DNA of 64,000 nt from Steroidobacteraceae bacterium (GCA_036493615.1 DASXPL010000002.1:1995-65994), one strand, 5' to 3'; positions 9,386-21,967 are shown, counted from the first letter of the stretch. Notes: generated by a model from the letters alone, not told the origin. Program-made: numbers and translations.

Positions 9386-10156
9386 ATGCAACGGATGACG
9401 GCCAGCCGAGCTTCAAGGCGCCTCTCATGGGCGTTTGCCTGCATCGCCGCGGCGGCCGCTGCGGCCACGCCACAGCCTCCGCTTGAGCTGCACAGCGGCG
9501 CGCGTGTCGGCATCGTCACGCTGCTCGATGCTGAGGTGACGCACTTCCACGCAGCCGCCCAGGTGATGGCAAGCTCGCTGAAGACGCAGCAGGTTCCCTG
9601 GCGCGTGGAGCCGATGCTAGGTGAGGCGCTGCAGCCGGCGCTGACCGATCTTCACCTGGTGCCGGTGATGCTACCGGCCGGGGATGCGCTGAGCGGCATG
9701 CGCGAGGAGTGCTTTCTCGAGGCGAACCTCAGCAAGCCGCTGTCCAAACAGTGCGCCGCTCCCTATAGCGCCCTGGCCGCCGCGCAGCATCTGGATGCGC
9801 TCGTCATCCTGGGGCCGGGGCTGAACAACTCCGCGCACGCCGAAAGTACGCGTCGCAAGGAGCTGCCGGACTACCTGCGCGGCTTCTGCGTGCTCACCGA
9901 CGGGCGCGTACCGGGCAGTGCGCCCCAGTTGCTGAACCTCACCGAGATGCTGCTCATCGCCAGTACGCCCCAGGGGGCGGTGCTGGCGGGGCGGGCGTGG
10001 GGCGGAGTGAGCAGCAGCAGCTGGACCGGCTTCACCGCCCTTGCGGACCCGAAGCAGCTGAGCGATGCGCAGATCGAACAGCTGCAGCCCCTGTTCGCCG
10101 CGATGGTGCGCGGCCAGGCACAGCTGCTGCTCGGCAACCTGCGCGTGGCGCGCTAG
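9386..10156 (+). CDS. Secreted hypothetical protein
   Basis: Signal peptide 'MTASRASRRLSWAFACIAAAAAAATPQ'. No domain is recognised. The frame is clean of stops and lacks the Arg/Pro shadow-frame bias. Confidence 0.55.
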   Translation: MQRMTASRASRRLSWAFACIAAAAAAATPQPPLELHSGARVGIVTLLDAEVTHFHAAAQVMASSLKTQQVPWRVEPMLGEALQPALTDLHLVPVMLPAGDALSGMREECFLEANLSKPLSKQCAAPYSALAAAQHLDALVILGPGLNNSAHAESTRRKELPDYLRGFCVLTDGRVPGSAPQLLNLTEMLLIASTPQGAVLAGRAWGGVSSSSWTGFTALADPKQLSDAQIEQLQPLFAAMVRGQAQLLLGNLRVAR

Positions 10157-10884
10157 AGGCTCAGGCGCAGCCCCATGTCGATGCCTGCGAGCTGGTAGCC
10201 GCGGCTGAAGTCTGCGATGTGGCGCTGCATCCAGCGCGTGGCCTCGGGCGCATCTTGCGCGCGGATCGATGCACCGAGCCGCGCATGGGCGGCGCCGATG
10301 CGCGTGCGCGCCTGCGGGACCTTGTCGATGATCACCCGCAGCGAGGGCTCGAGCAGCCGCAGCAGCGGTTCCTGCGCCAGGCCAAGGACAGTGTTGTGGG
10401 TGGCGCGCGCGATGCAGCGGAAGACCTCGGATGTGCAGTGCACCGCCACTTCCGCGTCCGCCATCCCGCCGTGGAAGGCGGCCGTGGCGGCATCGAGCGC
10501 CTCCAGGTCCCCAAGGTGGCGCACGCCGGCGGCGGCGGCGGCGATGGGCGGCTCGAGGATGGTCAGTGCCTGCCACACCTCGTGCACCGTGACATCGTGC
10601 AGCAGCAAGGCATCGCTCACGCCCGCGGCGACGCGCTCCTGCGGCGGGCGGCTCACCGACATGAGCCGCGAGCCCGGCCGGCGCGTGAGCAGCCCGCGGC
10701 TCTGCAGCTCGCGCAGTGCCTCGCGCACGGTGGAGCGGTGCACGCCGAACTGCCGCGCGAGTTCGGTCTCCGCCGGCAGTCGCTCGCCCTCGCGCAGGCT
10801 GCGGTTGAGGATGCGCTCGCCGATGGCATCGGCCACCTTACGGTAGGCCGGGGCGAAGGTAATCTGGTCGAACTCCACGCTCAC
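10153..10884 (-). CDS. GntR-family transcriptional regulator (FadR/FCD subclass)
   Basis: Contains '[34 protein letters not shown]' plus an FCD-type C-terminal domain. It is translationally coupled to ivd (4-nt overlap). Confidence 0.9.
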   Translation of the reverse strand: MSVEFDQITFAPAYRKVADAIGERILNRSLREGERLPAETELARQFGVHRSTVREALRELQSRGLLTRRPGSRLMSVSRPPQERVAAGVSDALLLHDVTVHEVWQALTILEPPIAAAAAGVRHLGDLEALDAATAAFHGGMADAEVAVHCTSEVFRCIARATHNTVLGLAQEPLLRLLEPSLRVIIDKVPQARTRIGAAHARLGASIRAQDAPEATRWMQRHIADFSRGYQLAGIDMGLRLSL

Positions 10885-12050
10885 GCGGCGGCCTCGAACA
10901 GCTCGCGGCCGATGAGCATGCGGCGGATCTCCTGGGTGCCCGCGCCGATCTCGTACAGCTTGGCATCGCGCAACAGGCGGCCGGTGCTGTAGTCATTGAT
11001 GTAGCCGTTGCCGCCCAGGGCCTGGATCGCCTCCAGCGCCGCCTGCGTGGCACGCTCGGCGGCAAAGAGGATACAGGCGGCCGCATCGCGCCGGGTGACA
11101 GTGCGCGCATCGCAGGCGCGCGCCACGCAATACACATAGGAGCGGGCGGCGTTCAGGGCGGCATACATGTCGGCGATCTTGCCCTGCATGAGTTCAAAGG
11201 TGCCGATGGGCGCCCCGAACTGGCGCCGCTCGCGCACGTAGGGCAGCACGACGTCGAGTGCTGCGGCCATCAGGCCCAGCGGGCCGCCGGCGAGCACCAC
11301 GCGCTCGTAGTCCAGGCCGCTCATGAGCACGCGCACGCCACCGTGCTCGGTGCCGACGATGTTGGCCGACGGCACGCAACACTCCTCGAACACCAGCTCG
11401 CACGTGCCCGAGCCGCGCATGCCGAGCTTGTCGAGCTTCTGCGCGGTGCTGAAGCCGGGGGTGCCGCGCTCGACGATGAAGGTGGTGATGCCGCGCGGCC
11501 CGGCCTCGGCGGTCCTGGCGTAGATGAGGAAGATATCCGCATCCGGGCCGTTGGTGATCCACATCTTGCGCCCGGTGAGCAGGTAGTCGTTGCCGGCGCG
11601 CTCGGCGCGCAGCTGCATCGAGACCACGTCGGAGCCGGCGCCCGGCTCTGACATTGCCAGCGCCCCTACGTGCTCGCCGCTGAGCAGCCGCGGCAAGTAC
11701 TGCTCGCGCTGCGCGTCGCTGCCGTTCAGGCTCAGCTGGTTCACGCACAGGTTCGAGTGCGCACCGTAGGAGAGGCCGACGGCGCCGGAGGCACGCGAGA
11801 TCTCCTCCATGGCGATCACGTGCGCAAGGTAGCCAAGCTCGGCACCGCCGAAGCGCTCGGGCACGGTCATCCCCAGCAGCCCCTGCGCACCGAGCGCCGG
11901 CCACAGGTCGCGCGGGAACTGGTTCGAGCGGTCGATCTCCGCGGCGCGCGGGGCGATCGCCTCACTCGCGAAGCGCCGTACCTGGTGGCGGATCTCGTCC
12001 AGCTCCGGGCCCAGGCCAAAGTCGCTGTCGGTGCAGTTGAGGGTCGTCAT
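10881..12050 (-). CDS. ivd: Isovaleryl-CoA dehydrogenase
   Basis: Acyl-CoA dehydrogenase motifs throughout. 389 aa from the ATG at 12050. It sits next to methylcrotonyl-CoA carboxylase genes. Confidence 0.9.
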   Translation of the reverse strand: MTTLNCTDSDFGLGPELDEIRHQVRRFASEAIAPRAAEIDRSNQFPRDLWPALGAQGLLGMTVPERFGGAELGYLAHVIAMEEISRASGAVGLSYGAHSNLCVNQLSLNGSDAQREQYLPRLLSGEHVGALAMSEPGAGSDVVSMQLRAERAGNDYLLTGRKMWITNGPDADIFLIYARTAEAGPRGITTFIVERGTPGFSTAQKLDKLGMRGSGTCELVFEECCVPSANIVGTEHGGVRVLMSGLDYERVVLAGGPLGLMAAALDVVLPYVRERRQFGAPIGTFELMQGKIADMYAALNAARSYVYCVARACDARTVTRRDAAACILFAAERATQAALEAIQALGGNGYINDYSTGRLLRDAKLYEIGAGTQEIRRMLIGRELFEAAA

Positions 12051-12117
12051 GGGGCTTGCCATCCCTTGGGCCATGAACCTATCATTGTCGGACAATCCGG
12101 CAACCATGACAAGGGCC

Positions 12118-13716
12118 ATGCCACGCCTCCATTCCCGGGTCGACGTCCATTCCAAGGACTTTCAGGCCAACGCCGGCGCGATGGGCGAGCTGGTGCATGA
12201 CCTCAGGCGCGAGGTGCAGCGCAGCGCCCAGGGTGGCTCCGAGGCGGCCAACCAGAAGCACCAGGCCGCCGGCAAGCTCAAGGCCCGCGAGCGCATCGGG
12301 GTGCTCCTGGACACCGGCAGCCCGTTCCTGGAGTTCTCGCAGCTGGCTGCGCACGGGCTGTACGGGGGCGGGATCTCTGCGGCGGGGATCGTCACCGGCA
12401 TTGGCCGCATCAGCGGGCGCGAGTGCGTGATCGTCGCCAACGACCCGACGGTCAAGGGCGGCACCTACTACCCGATGACCGTCAAGAAACACCTGCGCGC
12501 CCAGGAGATCGCCCGCGACAACCTGCTGCCATGCGTCTACCTGGTCGAAAGTGGCGGAGCCTTCCTGCCGGCCCAGGACGAGGTGTTCCCGGACCGCGAT
12601 AACTTCGGCCGCATCTTCTACAACCAGGCCACGCTCTCGGCCCTCGGGGTGGCGCAGATCTCCGTGGTGCACGGCTCGTGCACGGCCGGCGGCGCCTACG
12701 TGCCGGCGATGTCGGACGAGAACGTCATCGTGAAGAACCAGGGCCGCGTGTTCCTCGGCGGCCCGCCGCTGGTGAAGGCGGCGACGGGGGAGGACATCGA
12801 CGCGGAGTCCTTAGGCGGGGCGGACGTGCACTGCCGCGAGTCCGGGGTGTGCGATCACTACGCGGAAAACGATACCCACGCGCTCGCCATCGCGCGGCGC
12901 ATCGTGGCGCGCCTGAAGCCCGGTGCGCCCGGCACGCCACCCCGGGGGGCATGCGAGCCGCACTACGATGCGCGCGAGCTCTACGGCGTCGTGCCCGCCA
13001 GCCTGCGCAGGCCCTATGACGTGCGCGAGGTGATCGCCCGGGTGGTCGATGGTTCCGAACTGGATGAGTTCAAGGAGCTCTACGGCACCACGCTCGTGTG
13101 CGGTTTTGCGCACCTGGCCGGCTTCCCGGTGGGCATCCTTGCCAACAACGGCGTGCTGTTCTCGGAGAGCGCGCTCAAGGGCGCGCACTTCATCGAGCTG
13201 TGCGCGCGCGAGCAGATCCCGCTGCTGTTTCTGCAGAACATCACCGGCTTCATGGTCGGGCGGCGCGCCGAGGCCGGCGGCATCGCCAAGGACGGCGCGA
13301 AACTGGTGACCGCCGTCGCCTGCGCCAACGTGCCGAAGGTCACCGTGGTCATCGGCGGCTCCTACGGGGCGGGCAACTATGCGATGTGCGGGCGTGCCTA
13401 CTCCCCGCGCTTTCTCTACCAGTGGCCGAATGCGCGCATCTCGGTAATGGGTGGCGAGCAGGCAGCCAGCGTGCTGGCCACCGTCAAGCGCGACCAGCTC
13501 AAGGGCGACGAGTGGCCGGAGGCCGCGGAGGAGGCATTCAAAGCCCCGATCCGCGAGCAGTACGAGCGCCAGGGCCATCCTTATTACTCCTCCGCGCGGC
13601 TGTGGGACGATGGCATCATCGACCCGACCGACACGCGCCGCGTGCTCGCCCTGTCGCTGGCCGCCGCCGCGCACGCCCCGCAGGAGGCGACACGCTTTGG
13701 CGTGTTCCGCATGTAG
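12118..13716 (+). CDS. mccB: Methylcrotonyl-CoA carboxylase beta (carboxyltransferase) subunit
   Basis: N-terminus '[22 protein letters not shown]' and carboxyl-transferase domains. It is divergent from ivd. Alternative start at 12106. Confidence 0.88.
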   Translation: MPRLHSRVDVHSKDFQANAGAMGELVHDLRREVQRSAQGGSEAANQKHQAAGKLKARERIGVLLDTGSPFLEFSQLAAHGLYGGGISAAGIVTGIGRISGRECVIVANDPTVKGGTYYPMTVKKHLRAQEIARDNLLPCVYLVESGGAFLPAQDEVFPDRDNFGRIFYNQATLSALGVAQISVVHGSCTAGGAYVPAMSDENVIVKNQGRVFLGGPPLVKAATGEDIDAESLGGADVHCRESGVCDHYAENDTHALAIARRIVARLKPGAPGTPPRGACEPHYDARELYGVVPASLRRPYDVREVIARVVDGSELDEFKELYGTTLVCGFAHLAGFPVGILANNGVLFSESALKGAHFIELCAREQIPLLFLQNITGFMVGRRAEAGGIAKDGAKLVTAVACANVPKVTVVIGGSYGAGNYAMCGRAYSPRFLYQWPNARISVMGGEQAASVLATVKRDQLKGDEWPEAAEEAFKAPIREQYERQGHPYYSSARLWDDGIIDPTDTRRVLALSLAAAAHAPQEATRFGVFRM

Positions 13717-13728
13717 GGCGCCGTCAGC

Positions 13729-15699
<1,971 letters not shown>

Positions 15700-15704
15700 G
15701 GACT

Positions 15705-16388
15705 CTATTTGCCCTTCGGCTTCGCGGCCGCGGGTGCCGCGGCGGGGTGCTCCGCGCGCACCAGGGCGATCACCGCGTCGGTGTGCGCCAGCAGGTCGTG
15801 CTGGAACTTGTCCTCGCCCAGGGAAGCATCCGCCAGCACGTAGTACCTGCCGTTCACGGCAATGGCGGGCACGCTGTCGACGCCGTAGTCCTGCGCCATC
15901 TGGTCCGCTTGCACGGTCTGGTTGTTGACGCCGAATGAACCGTAGGCGCCGGCAAACTTGTCCCCGTCGCCGCCGTTCTTGCTGACCCAGTCGGCCAGAG
16001 CGCCCTGGTCGAACAGGGGCTGGTGCTCGTCGTGGATCGCCTTGAACAGCGCGCCGTCGAGCTTGGCGAAGTCACCGCTAACCTGCAGGGCGTAGAAGGC
16101 GCGCGCCAGGTTCACCCACTCGCGCCGCTCGAACCCCACCGGCACGCGACGGAAGGTCACATCCTTGGGCAGCTTCGCCGCCCACTGCGCCACCAGAGGG
16201 GCGAAGTGCGCGCAATGCGGGCACATGTAGGAGAAGAACTCCACGACCTCGACCTTCTCGGGCGCCGTACTCGGGGTCGGCAGGACGATGGGCCGGTAGT
16301 CGGTACCCGCCACCGGCGGGGCGGCCGCGGCGCTGCAGCCGAGGGCGAGGCCGAGCAGGGCGGCCAGTGACATCACACGAAGACTCAT
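15705..16388 (-). CDS. dsbA: Thiol:disulfide interchange protein DsbA
   Basis: Signal peptide plus the 'FFSYMCPHCAHF' CPHC active site. Confidence 0.9.
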   Translation of the reverse strand: MSLRVMSLAALLGLALGCSAAAAPPVAGTDYRPIVLPTPSTAPEKVEVVEFFSYMCPHCAHFAPLVAQWAAKLPKDVTFRRVPVGFERREWVNLARAFYALQVSGDFAKLDGALFKAIHDEHQPLFDQGALADWVSKNGGDGDKFAGAYGSFGVNNQTVQADQMAQDYGVDSVPAIAVNGRYYVLADASLGEDKFQHDLLAHTDAVIALVRAEHPAAAPAAAKPKGK

Positions 16389-16402
16389 GCGGTTCCCTTC
16401 CA

Positions 16403-17659
16403 TCAGCGTGCCGTGTGGCTGAGTACTTTGGGCAGGTAGCGGTCACGAAGTTCCGTCTGCCGCGAGCGCATGCTCTGGCGCACGCCCTGTATGAACACCT
16501 CGTCGGCCAGCGAGCTGACCTCCAGCGGGTCGGCGCTCCAGAGCACCAGGTCCGCGGGGCGGCCGCGCTCGATCGAGCCGTTGCGGTCCGCGACCCCGAA
16601 GATCTGCGCCGGGTTGCGCGTCATGGCGGCAATGGCCGCCTCGTACGGCAGCCCATGCGCCACCGCCACGCCCGCCCCCTGGCGCAGCTTGAACATGCTG
16701 TGCGGCTGGGGGTCATCGAAGCTGAAGGCGATCCTCACGCCGGCGCGCTCCAGGCGCGCCGCGTTCTCCAGAGTCGACCCCACCGAGTCGAACGTGTCGG
16801 GCAGGTCGATCAGCGGATCGAGCAGCACCGGGATGCCGGCGGCCTTGAGCTCCGGGGCGACGCGCCAGGCTTCCGCGCCGCCGCGGATCGCAGCATGCAG
16901 GTGCTCGCGCTGCGCCAGCGCGATGATGCGGCGGATGTCAGCGGCACGGTTGGCAGCGAACACGACCCGGCCGGTGCCGTTGAGGTAGGAGGCGAACACG
17001 CCGCGTCCGGCAGGGGTGAGCAGCCGCTGGTCGTTGGCGAGCAGCAGCTTCGGCTGCCGGACCTCGGTGATCGCCTGCTCGAGCAGCATGAACTGCGCGG
17101 CGCGGCTGCCGCCGGAGAGCGCGTTGGCCCCGCCGCCGGTCTCGATGAACAGCGAACGCCCCGGGGCGAGCGTGCCATCCAGGCGCACCACCGCGCCTTC
17201 GCCGGAGACGATCGAGCCGCCCTCGCCCTTGCGCCCGGCCTCCGAAGAGGGGGCGAGCTGCGCGAAGGTGACACCGCGGGTGCGGTTGACGCCGAGCACC
17301 GTCCCGTCCGGATCGAAGGCGAGGGTGACGTCGAACTCCGGGCGCATGGCGCCAAGCTTCAGGGCATAGTCGGCAACACTCGGTTCCTGGCCGATCTCCT
17401 CCATGCCCATGTGCCCGATGCCGCCGAAGAACCCGGCGGTCACCGGCCGCCCGCCCGCATCGATGACCTGTGCGCCGGCCGGCGCCCCCAGGTGCGCACC
17501 CAGATCGGCAACGCGGCCGTCGCGGATGAGTATGTCGGTGTGCTGCAGCACGCCTGCGGCGGTACCGGTGTGCACGGTGGCATCGCGGATGAGCACCTGC
17601 GCGTGCGCAGCGCTGCTGAGCGCGCCGAGCAGCGCGACCATCAACCCCCGGGCGCTCAC
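16403..17659 (-). CDS. Periplasmic amidohydrolase-family protein (second of a tandem pair)
   Basis: The GTG at 17659 overlaps the upstream stop (GTGA). Signal peptide 'VSARGLMVALLGALSSAAHAQ'. The metal-dependent hydrolase fold is indicated by 'IRDATVHTG...ILIRDGRVADLG'. Confidence 0.8.
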   Translation of the reverse strand: MSARGLMVALLGALSSAAHAQVLIRDATVHTGTAAGVLQHTDILIRDGRVADLGAHLGAPAGAQVIDAGGRPVTAGFFGGIGHMGMEEIGQEPSVADYALKLGAMRPEFDVTLAFDPDGTVLGVNRTRGVTFAQLAPSSEAGRKGEGGSIVSGEGAVVRLDGTLAPGRSLFIETGGGANALSGGSRAAQFMLLEQAITEVRQPKLLLANDQRLLTPAGRGVFASYLNGTGRVVFAANRAADIRRIIALAQREHLHAAIRGGAEAWRVAPELKAAGIPVLLDPLIDLPDTFDSVGSTLENAARLERAGVRIAFSFDDPQPHSMFKLRQGAGVAVAHGLPYEAAIAAMTRNPAQIFGVADRNGSIERGRPADLVLWSADPLEVSSLADEVFIQGVRQSMRSRQTELRDRYLPKVLSHTAR

Positions 17660-19101
17660 TGGCTCACCCCCGCGGCGGCCGGCTGCCCCAGCAGGAAGTC
17701 CGAGCGCGGCGTCGCCGGCGGGTGGGACCGGTCGTAGCGCAGTGCGCCGTCGATGAATACCAGGTCCGCCTGGGCATAGACGCTGAACGGGGTGCCGTTC
17801 CAGAGCACCACGTCGGCCATCTTGCCAGGCGCGAGCGTGCCGACGCGCGCAAGCAGGCCGATGGCCTTGGCGGGATTGGCGGTGACCCACTCGATGGCCC
17901 GTTCCGGCGGGATGGCAAGGCCGGCCCGTGTCCCCCAGGCGATGGCCTTGGCCGCCTCCTGGTTCAGGCGCTGGATGCCTTCCTCGGAGTCAGAGTGCAC
18001 GATGGCGCAGCCCCCCGGGGCGGCGTCCACGAAGGCGATGTTCTCCGGGATGCCGTCGTAGGACTCCATCTTGAAGCCCCACCAGTCCGCCCACATCGCC
18101 GCGCACACATGGTGCTGGGCGAGCAGGTCGGAGATCTTGTAGGCCTCCACCGCGTGGTGGAAGGCGGCCACGTGGTAGCCGAATTCCTGGCTCATGTCGA
18201 GGACTGCGGCCATCTCGTCAGCGCGGTAGCAGTGCATGTGCACGATGATCTCGCCGTCGAGCGCGGCGGCGAGGGTATCCAGGCGCAGGTCGCGCTTGGG
18301 GGGCTTCGCATCCTTGGTGCCGTCCTTGACCTTGCGCGCGTACTCGAGCTGCTCGCGCCGGTACTCCTGCGCCTCGGCCCACTGCGCGCGGTAGCCGGCC
18401 ATGTTGCCCATGCGCGTAGAGGGAAACTGCTTGCGGTCCCCGTAGACGCTCTTCGGATTCTGGCCGCACGCCATCTTCAGGCCCTGCGGTGCGCCGGGGA
18501 ACTTCATGCCCTGGTAGGTGACGCTCGGGACGTTCTTTAGGATCACCGAGCGCCCGCCGATCAGGTTCGCTGAGCCGGGCAGGATCTGCAGCGTCGTGAC
18601 GCCGCCGGCCAGCGCGGTCGCAAACCCCGGGTCCTGTGGCCACACCGAATGCTCCGACCACACGTTCGCGGTGCTGGGGGAGGTGGCCTCGTTACCATCG
18701 GAGGCCGCCTCGACGCCGGGACTGGCATACACGCCCAGGTGCGAGTGCACATCGATGAGCCCGGGCGTCACCCAGCGGTCCGTGCCATCGATCACCACCG
18801 CACCGGCCGGGGCGCCGAGATTGGCGCCCACCTGGACGATCTTGCCCTCGCTCATCAGCACGTCCGCATGCTCCAGACGGGCACCGGCGCCATCGAGCAC
18901 GGTGGCATTGCGGATGAGCGTCGGCGGGCCCGCGGGCACCTGGTAGGTCGAGGGATAGAGCGCCGCGCGGGCCGGCTCGCTGCTTGCCGCAACGGGGGGC
19001 TTGCTCGCCTGGGCGGCGCAGCCGCACAAGAGCGCCGCGGCGGCGAAGCCATACAGTTTGTTCAAGGGACACTCCGGGGCTTGGGTTCGAGTGGGCGGCA
19101 T
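17656..19101 (-). CDS. Amidohydrolase-family lipoprotein (first of a tandem pair)
   Basis: The ATG at 19101 overlaps the mpg stop (TAATG). Lipobox 'LLCGC'. 'GLIDVHSHLG' is the HxH metal motif. Confidence 0.85.
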   Translation of the reverse strand: MPPTRTQAPECPLNKLYGFAAAALLCGCAAQASKPPVAASSEPARAALYPSTYQVPAGPPTLIRNATVLDGAGARLEHADVLMSEGKIVQVGANLGAPAGAVVIDGTDRWVTPGLIDVHSHLGVYASPGVEAASDGNEATSPSTANVWSEHSVWPQDPGFATALAGGVTTLQILPGSANLIGGRSVILKNVPSVTYQGMKFPGAPQGLKMACGQNPKSVYGDRKQFPSTRMGNMAGYRAQWAEAQEYRREQLEYARKVKDGTKDAKPPKRDLRLDTLAAALDGEIIVHMHCYRADEMAAVLDMSQEFGYHVAAFHHAVEAYKISDLLAQHHVCAAMWADWWGFKMESYDGIPENIAFVDAAPGGCAIVHSDSEEGIQRLNQEAAKAIAWGTRAGLAIPPERAIEWVTANPAKAIGLLARVGTLAPGKMADVVLWNGTPFSVYAQADLVFIDGALRYDRSHPPATPRSDFLLGQPAAAGVSQ

Positions 19102-19715
19102 TATTTCCCAACCCGGGTGCCAGAAGCACGCCGGAACGCACGCGCCCGCGGCGGGGCGGTCGAAACATAGGCTGAATCGGCGGCGAAGAAGCGCCACGGC
19201 TTGTGCGCCCAGTCCAAAGCGTAGTCCACCCCGATGCGCGTGGCGCGGGCGATGCGCGGCCGGGCAGAGCCTGCGGGCGGGTGTTCCAGCCACAGGATCG
19301 GGCCCAGCAGGTCCGCGCCGTTCAGTTCGCGTCCGATCTTGAACGCCTGGCACAGCAGTCCCGGCCCCCAGGTGCGCGCCGCAGGGTCGCTGAGCGGCTC
19401 GAGCGCGCGCAGCAGCACCGCATGCGGGCGCCCTTCGCGGGCGGTGACCACGTTCAGGCAGTTCCACATGCCGTAGATTAAGTACACGTAGGCATGTCCG
19501 GGCGGCCCGAACATCACCTCGGTGCGCCTGGTCCGCCCGCGCGCGGAGTGGGCGGCGAGGTCCTGCGGGCCCTGGTAGGCCTCGGTCTCCACGATACGGC
19601 CGCGGTACAGGCCCTCGCGCGTGCGATGCACCAGGTGCATGCCGATCAGTTCGCGGGCAATGCGCAGGGTGCCCTGGAGGAAGAAGCTGCGGATGGGCTT
19701 TCTGCTGTGACTCAC
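19101..19715 (-). CDS. mpg: DNA-3-methyladenine glycosylase (Mpg/AAG family)
   Basis: Contains 'IVETEAYQGPQDLAAHS', 'FGPPGHAYVYLIYGMWNCLNVV' and 'GPGLLCQAF'. The GTG at 19715 gives the usual ~200-aa size. The ORF could extend to 19805. Confidence 0.85.
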   Translation of the reverse strand: MSHSRKPIRSFFLQGTLRIARELIGMHLVHRTREGLYRGRIVETEAYQGPQDLAAHSARGRTRRTEVMFGPPGHAYVYLIYGMWNCLNVVTAREGRPHAVLLRALEPLSDPAARTWGPGLLCQAFKIGRELNGADLLGPILWLEHPPAGSARPRIARATRIGVDYALDWAHKPWRFFAADSAYVSTAPPRARAFRRASGTRVGK

Positions 19716-19816
19716 CGCGCGCGATACTAATGGAACCCCTACAATAGGAGTATGGCGTGCAGCGCCGGCGGCGCAGGGCCGCCCCGGGCATGGAATACGC
19801 CACACACTTCGAGCTT

Positions 19817-20839
19817 ATGAGGCAGGCGCAGATCAGAGGGTTCGTCACAGGTGGTGCGCTGCTGGCCGCAGTGCTCGCGGCCGCCCCCGCGCTTGCGGCC
19901 GTGTTCGCACTGCCGACGGACGGCTCGGCAGTGGTGGGCACGGACTTAAGCGTGCGCACGGTGTACGAGGACACGCTGCCGGACCTGGCCCACCGCTACA
20001 GCCTCGGCTACTACGAGATCATCCGCGCCAATCCGGGTGTCGATGTGTGGATCCCCGGGGCCGACAAGGACATCGTCCTGCCCGGCCGGCGCATCCTGCC
20101 ACCGGGTCCGCGCGAGGGCATCATCGTGAACCTGCCGGAGCACCGGCTCTACTACTACCCCAAGCCGGGCCCGCACGATAAACCGGTCGTCATCACTTAC
20201 CCGGTGAGCATCGGCAAGATGGACTGGCGCACCCCGCTCGGGGAGACGCACATCATCGCCAAGATCAAGAACCCCGCATGGTATCCGCCCGAGTCGGTGC
20301 GCAAGGAACACCTCGCCAACGACGACCCGCTGCCGAAGGTGGTGCCCGCAGGACCGGACAACCCACTGGGTGACTTCGCCATGCGCCTGGCCGCCGGCGG
20401 TGGCTCGTACATGATCCACGGCACCAACAATCCCACCGCGGTGGGCATGTCCGTGACCCACGGCTGCATCCGCATGTACCCGGAGGATGTCGCCGCGGTG
20501 TTTGCCGCCGTGCCCGTGGGCACCAAGGTGCGCCTGATCAACGAGCCGGTGAAGATCGCCTGGGTGCACGGGCAGCTGCTTCTGGAAGCGCACCCGGCGG
20601 TCGATGAGGAAGGCCAGGAAGACGCTGACGCGGCTCCGCAACCGGAGCCGGACGTGAACGGGCTGGCCAGGATGCTGCAGAAGAGTGGCGTCGACAAGCA
20701 CGCCAAGGTCCAGTGGCCGCTGGCGCGCGCCGCCCTCAAGAGCGCCACCGGCATGCCCACCGCGGTGGGCGCGGGCGCCAACAACCAGGCCGCAGCGGCC
20801 GGCGCCCGCGCGAACCTCGCGCAGGCCGACAGCGACTAG
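19817..20839 (+). CDS. L,D-transpeptidase (YkuD/ErfK family)
   Basis: Signal peptide plus the catalytic motif 'MIHGTNNPTAVGMSVTHGCIRM'. Confidence 0.9.
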   Translation: MRQAQIRGFVTGGALLAAVLAAAPALAAVFALPTDGSAVVGTDLSVRTVYEDTLPDLAHRYSLGYYEIIRANPGVDVWIPGADKDIVLPGRRILPPGPREGIIVNLPEHRLYYYPKPGPHDKPVVITYPVSIGKMDWRTPLGETHIIAKIKNPAWYPPESVRKEHLANDDPLPKVVPAGPDNPLGDFAMRLAAGGGSYMIHGTNNPTAVGMSVTHGCIRMYPEDVAAVFAAVPVGTKVRLINEPVKIAWVHGQLLLEAHPAVDEEGQEDADAAPQPEPDVNGLARMLQKSGVDKHAKVQWPLARAALKSATGMPTAVGAGANNQAAAAGARANLAQADSD

Positions 20840-21189
20840 GCGCGGCCGCCGGCGCGCGGTCCCCTGGCAAGGGCGCCGCGCAGCTGGCTCACCAGGCGCA
20901 GCGCCACCGACGCCTTGCCGGCCAGCGCGACCGCCGAGCGCGCCAGCCCGAGCACGGCGAGGATCTGCCGCGGCCGGCGCAGCAGCAACAGGCCGATGAT
21001 CGCCACGACCCAGGTGAGCGGATGCCGCAGCGGCGCGGCGCCGCTGCTGCTGCCCGGCCTGCCCAGCGCGCCGGCGACCAGACGCACGAGCGGCTCCTGC
21101 CGCAGCGCCCCGACGCGCTGCGCGATCTCGGCGCGCTGCAGCTCACAGCGCTCAAGCAGCACGCGCCGTCGCGACTCAAGCTCCGCCAT
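20836..21189 (-). CDS. YqjK-like protein
   Basis: Contains 'MAELESRRRVLLERCELQRAEIAQR...' and lies downstream of the yqjD/yqjE homologues. Confidence 0.65.
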   Translation of the reverse strand: MAELESRRRVLLERCELQRAEIAQRVGALRQEPLVRLVAGALGRPGSSSGAAPLRHPLTWVVAIIGLLLLRRPRQILAVLGLARSAVALAGKASVALRLVSQLRGALARGPRAGGRA

Positions 21190-21194
21190 GCGGC

Positions 21195-21587
21195 TCACGG
21201 GCCACCTTCCGCGCGGCGCTCGTCCTCGGCCAGCTGCTGCAGGGAGTCTGCGAAGGGGGCCGGGCGCGAGCGCACGCTGCGCAGCCCGAGGTAGCCCAAC
21301 AGCACCCCCAGGCCGATGAATACCCCGCCGCCGGCGAGCAGGCCGAGTGTGCGGTGCGTGTCCCACAGCGCCACGATGAGGGCCACGATGCCGAAGGCGA
21401 GCGCCAGCAGCACGCAGGTGAGGGCGGCGAACCACCATGCCAGCAGCCGCAGGAGCACCAGCACCTGGATCTCGAGTTCCACCGCCGCCAGGTCCAGGCG
21501 CGTGCGCAGTGCCTCGATCGCCGCGGCACCGAAGCGCCGCTGCGCCGCGGCGGCGGGGGCCTGGTTACCGGGGGCGCTCACCGACAC
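21195..21587 (-). CDS. YqjE-like membrane protein (DUF1469 / holin-X superfamily)
   Basis: Two transmembrane segments, 'WWFAALTCVLLALAFGIVALIVALW' and 'GLLAGGGVFIGLGVLLGYLGL'. The GTG overlaps the upstream stop. Confidence 0.7.
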   Translation of the reverse strand: MSVSAPGNQAPAAAAQRRFGAAAIEALRTRLDLAAVELEIQVLVLLRLLAWWFAALTCVLLALAFGIVALIVALWDTHRTLGLLAGGGVFIGLGVLLGYLGLRSVRSRPAPFADSLQQLAEDERRAEGGP

Positions 21588-21871
21588 TATCTGCGGCCCA
21601 TGATCAGCCCGAGCAGCAGCGCCACCCCGGCCACCACGGCCACGCTCTGCCAAGGATTCTCGCGCACGTAGTCATCGACCTCGTGTGCCTTCTCGCCCAG
21701 CTGCTCCTCGAGTGCGCTCAGCCGGCTGCGCAGCTCACGCACGCCAGCTTGCGCGCGCTCGCGCAGCGCGGCCCCGTCAACGTTCAGGTTCGCCTTGAGC
21801 AGGGCCTCGGCGTCCGCGACCAGTGCGCGCAGTTCATCGGCGAGCCGGCCGGCATCGAAGTTCTCCGCCAT
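21587..21871 (-). CDS. ElaB/YqjD-like (DUF883) ribosome/membrane-associated stress protein
   Basis: Contains 'DELRALVADAEALLKA...YVRENPWQSVAVVAGVALLLGLIMGRR'. GGAGGA lies upstream of the ATG at 21871. Confidence 0.85.
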   Translation of the reverse strand: MAENFDAGRLADELRALVADAEALLKANLNVDGAALRERAQAGVRELRSRLSALEEQLGEKAHEVDDYVRENPWQSVAVVAGVALLLGLIMGRR

Positions 21872-21967
21872 GACAGCATCCTCCGGGCTGATTCGAGCGC
21901 CTGATTTACGCATATCCGGCCCAAAACCGCGAGACTCGCGCGGTGTGCTGCGCTAGGCTTTGCAGGC

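Noticed and set aside
10153-10156. Convergent genes sharing their stop codons within a CTAG tetranucleotide. The same arrangement occurs at 20836..20839.
   Set aside because: It is real but a trivial consequence of genome compaction, because TAG is its own partial reverse complement within CTAG.
19102-19974. The upstream 291 codons of the 772-aa ORF (17656..19974, minus strand).
   Set aside because: It overlaps mpg and the divergent promoter in a different frame and has a shadow-frame composition. The lipoprotein signal (MPPTRTQ...LLCGC) marks the true start at 19101.
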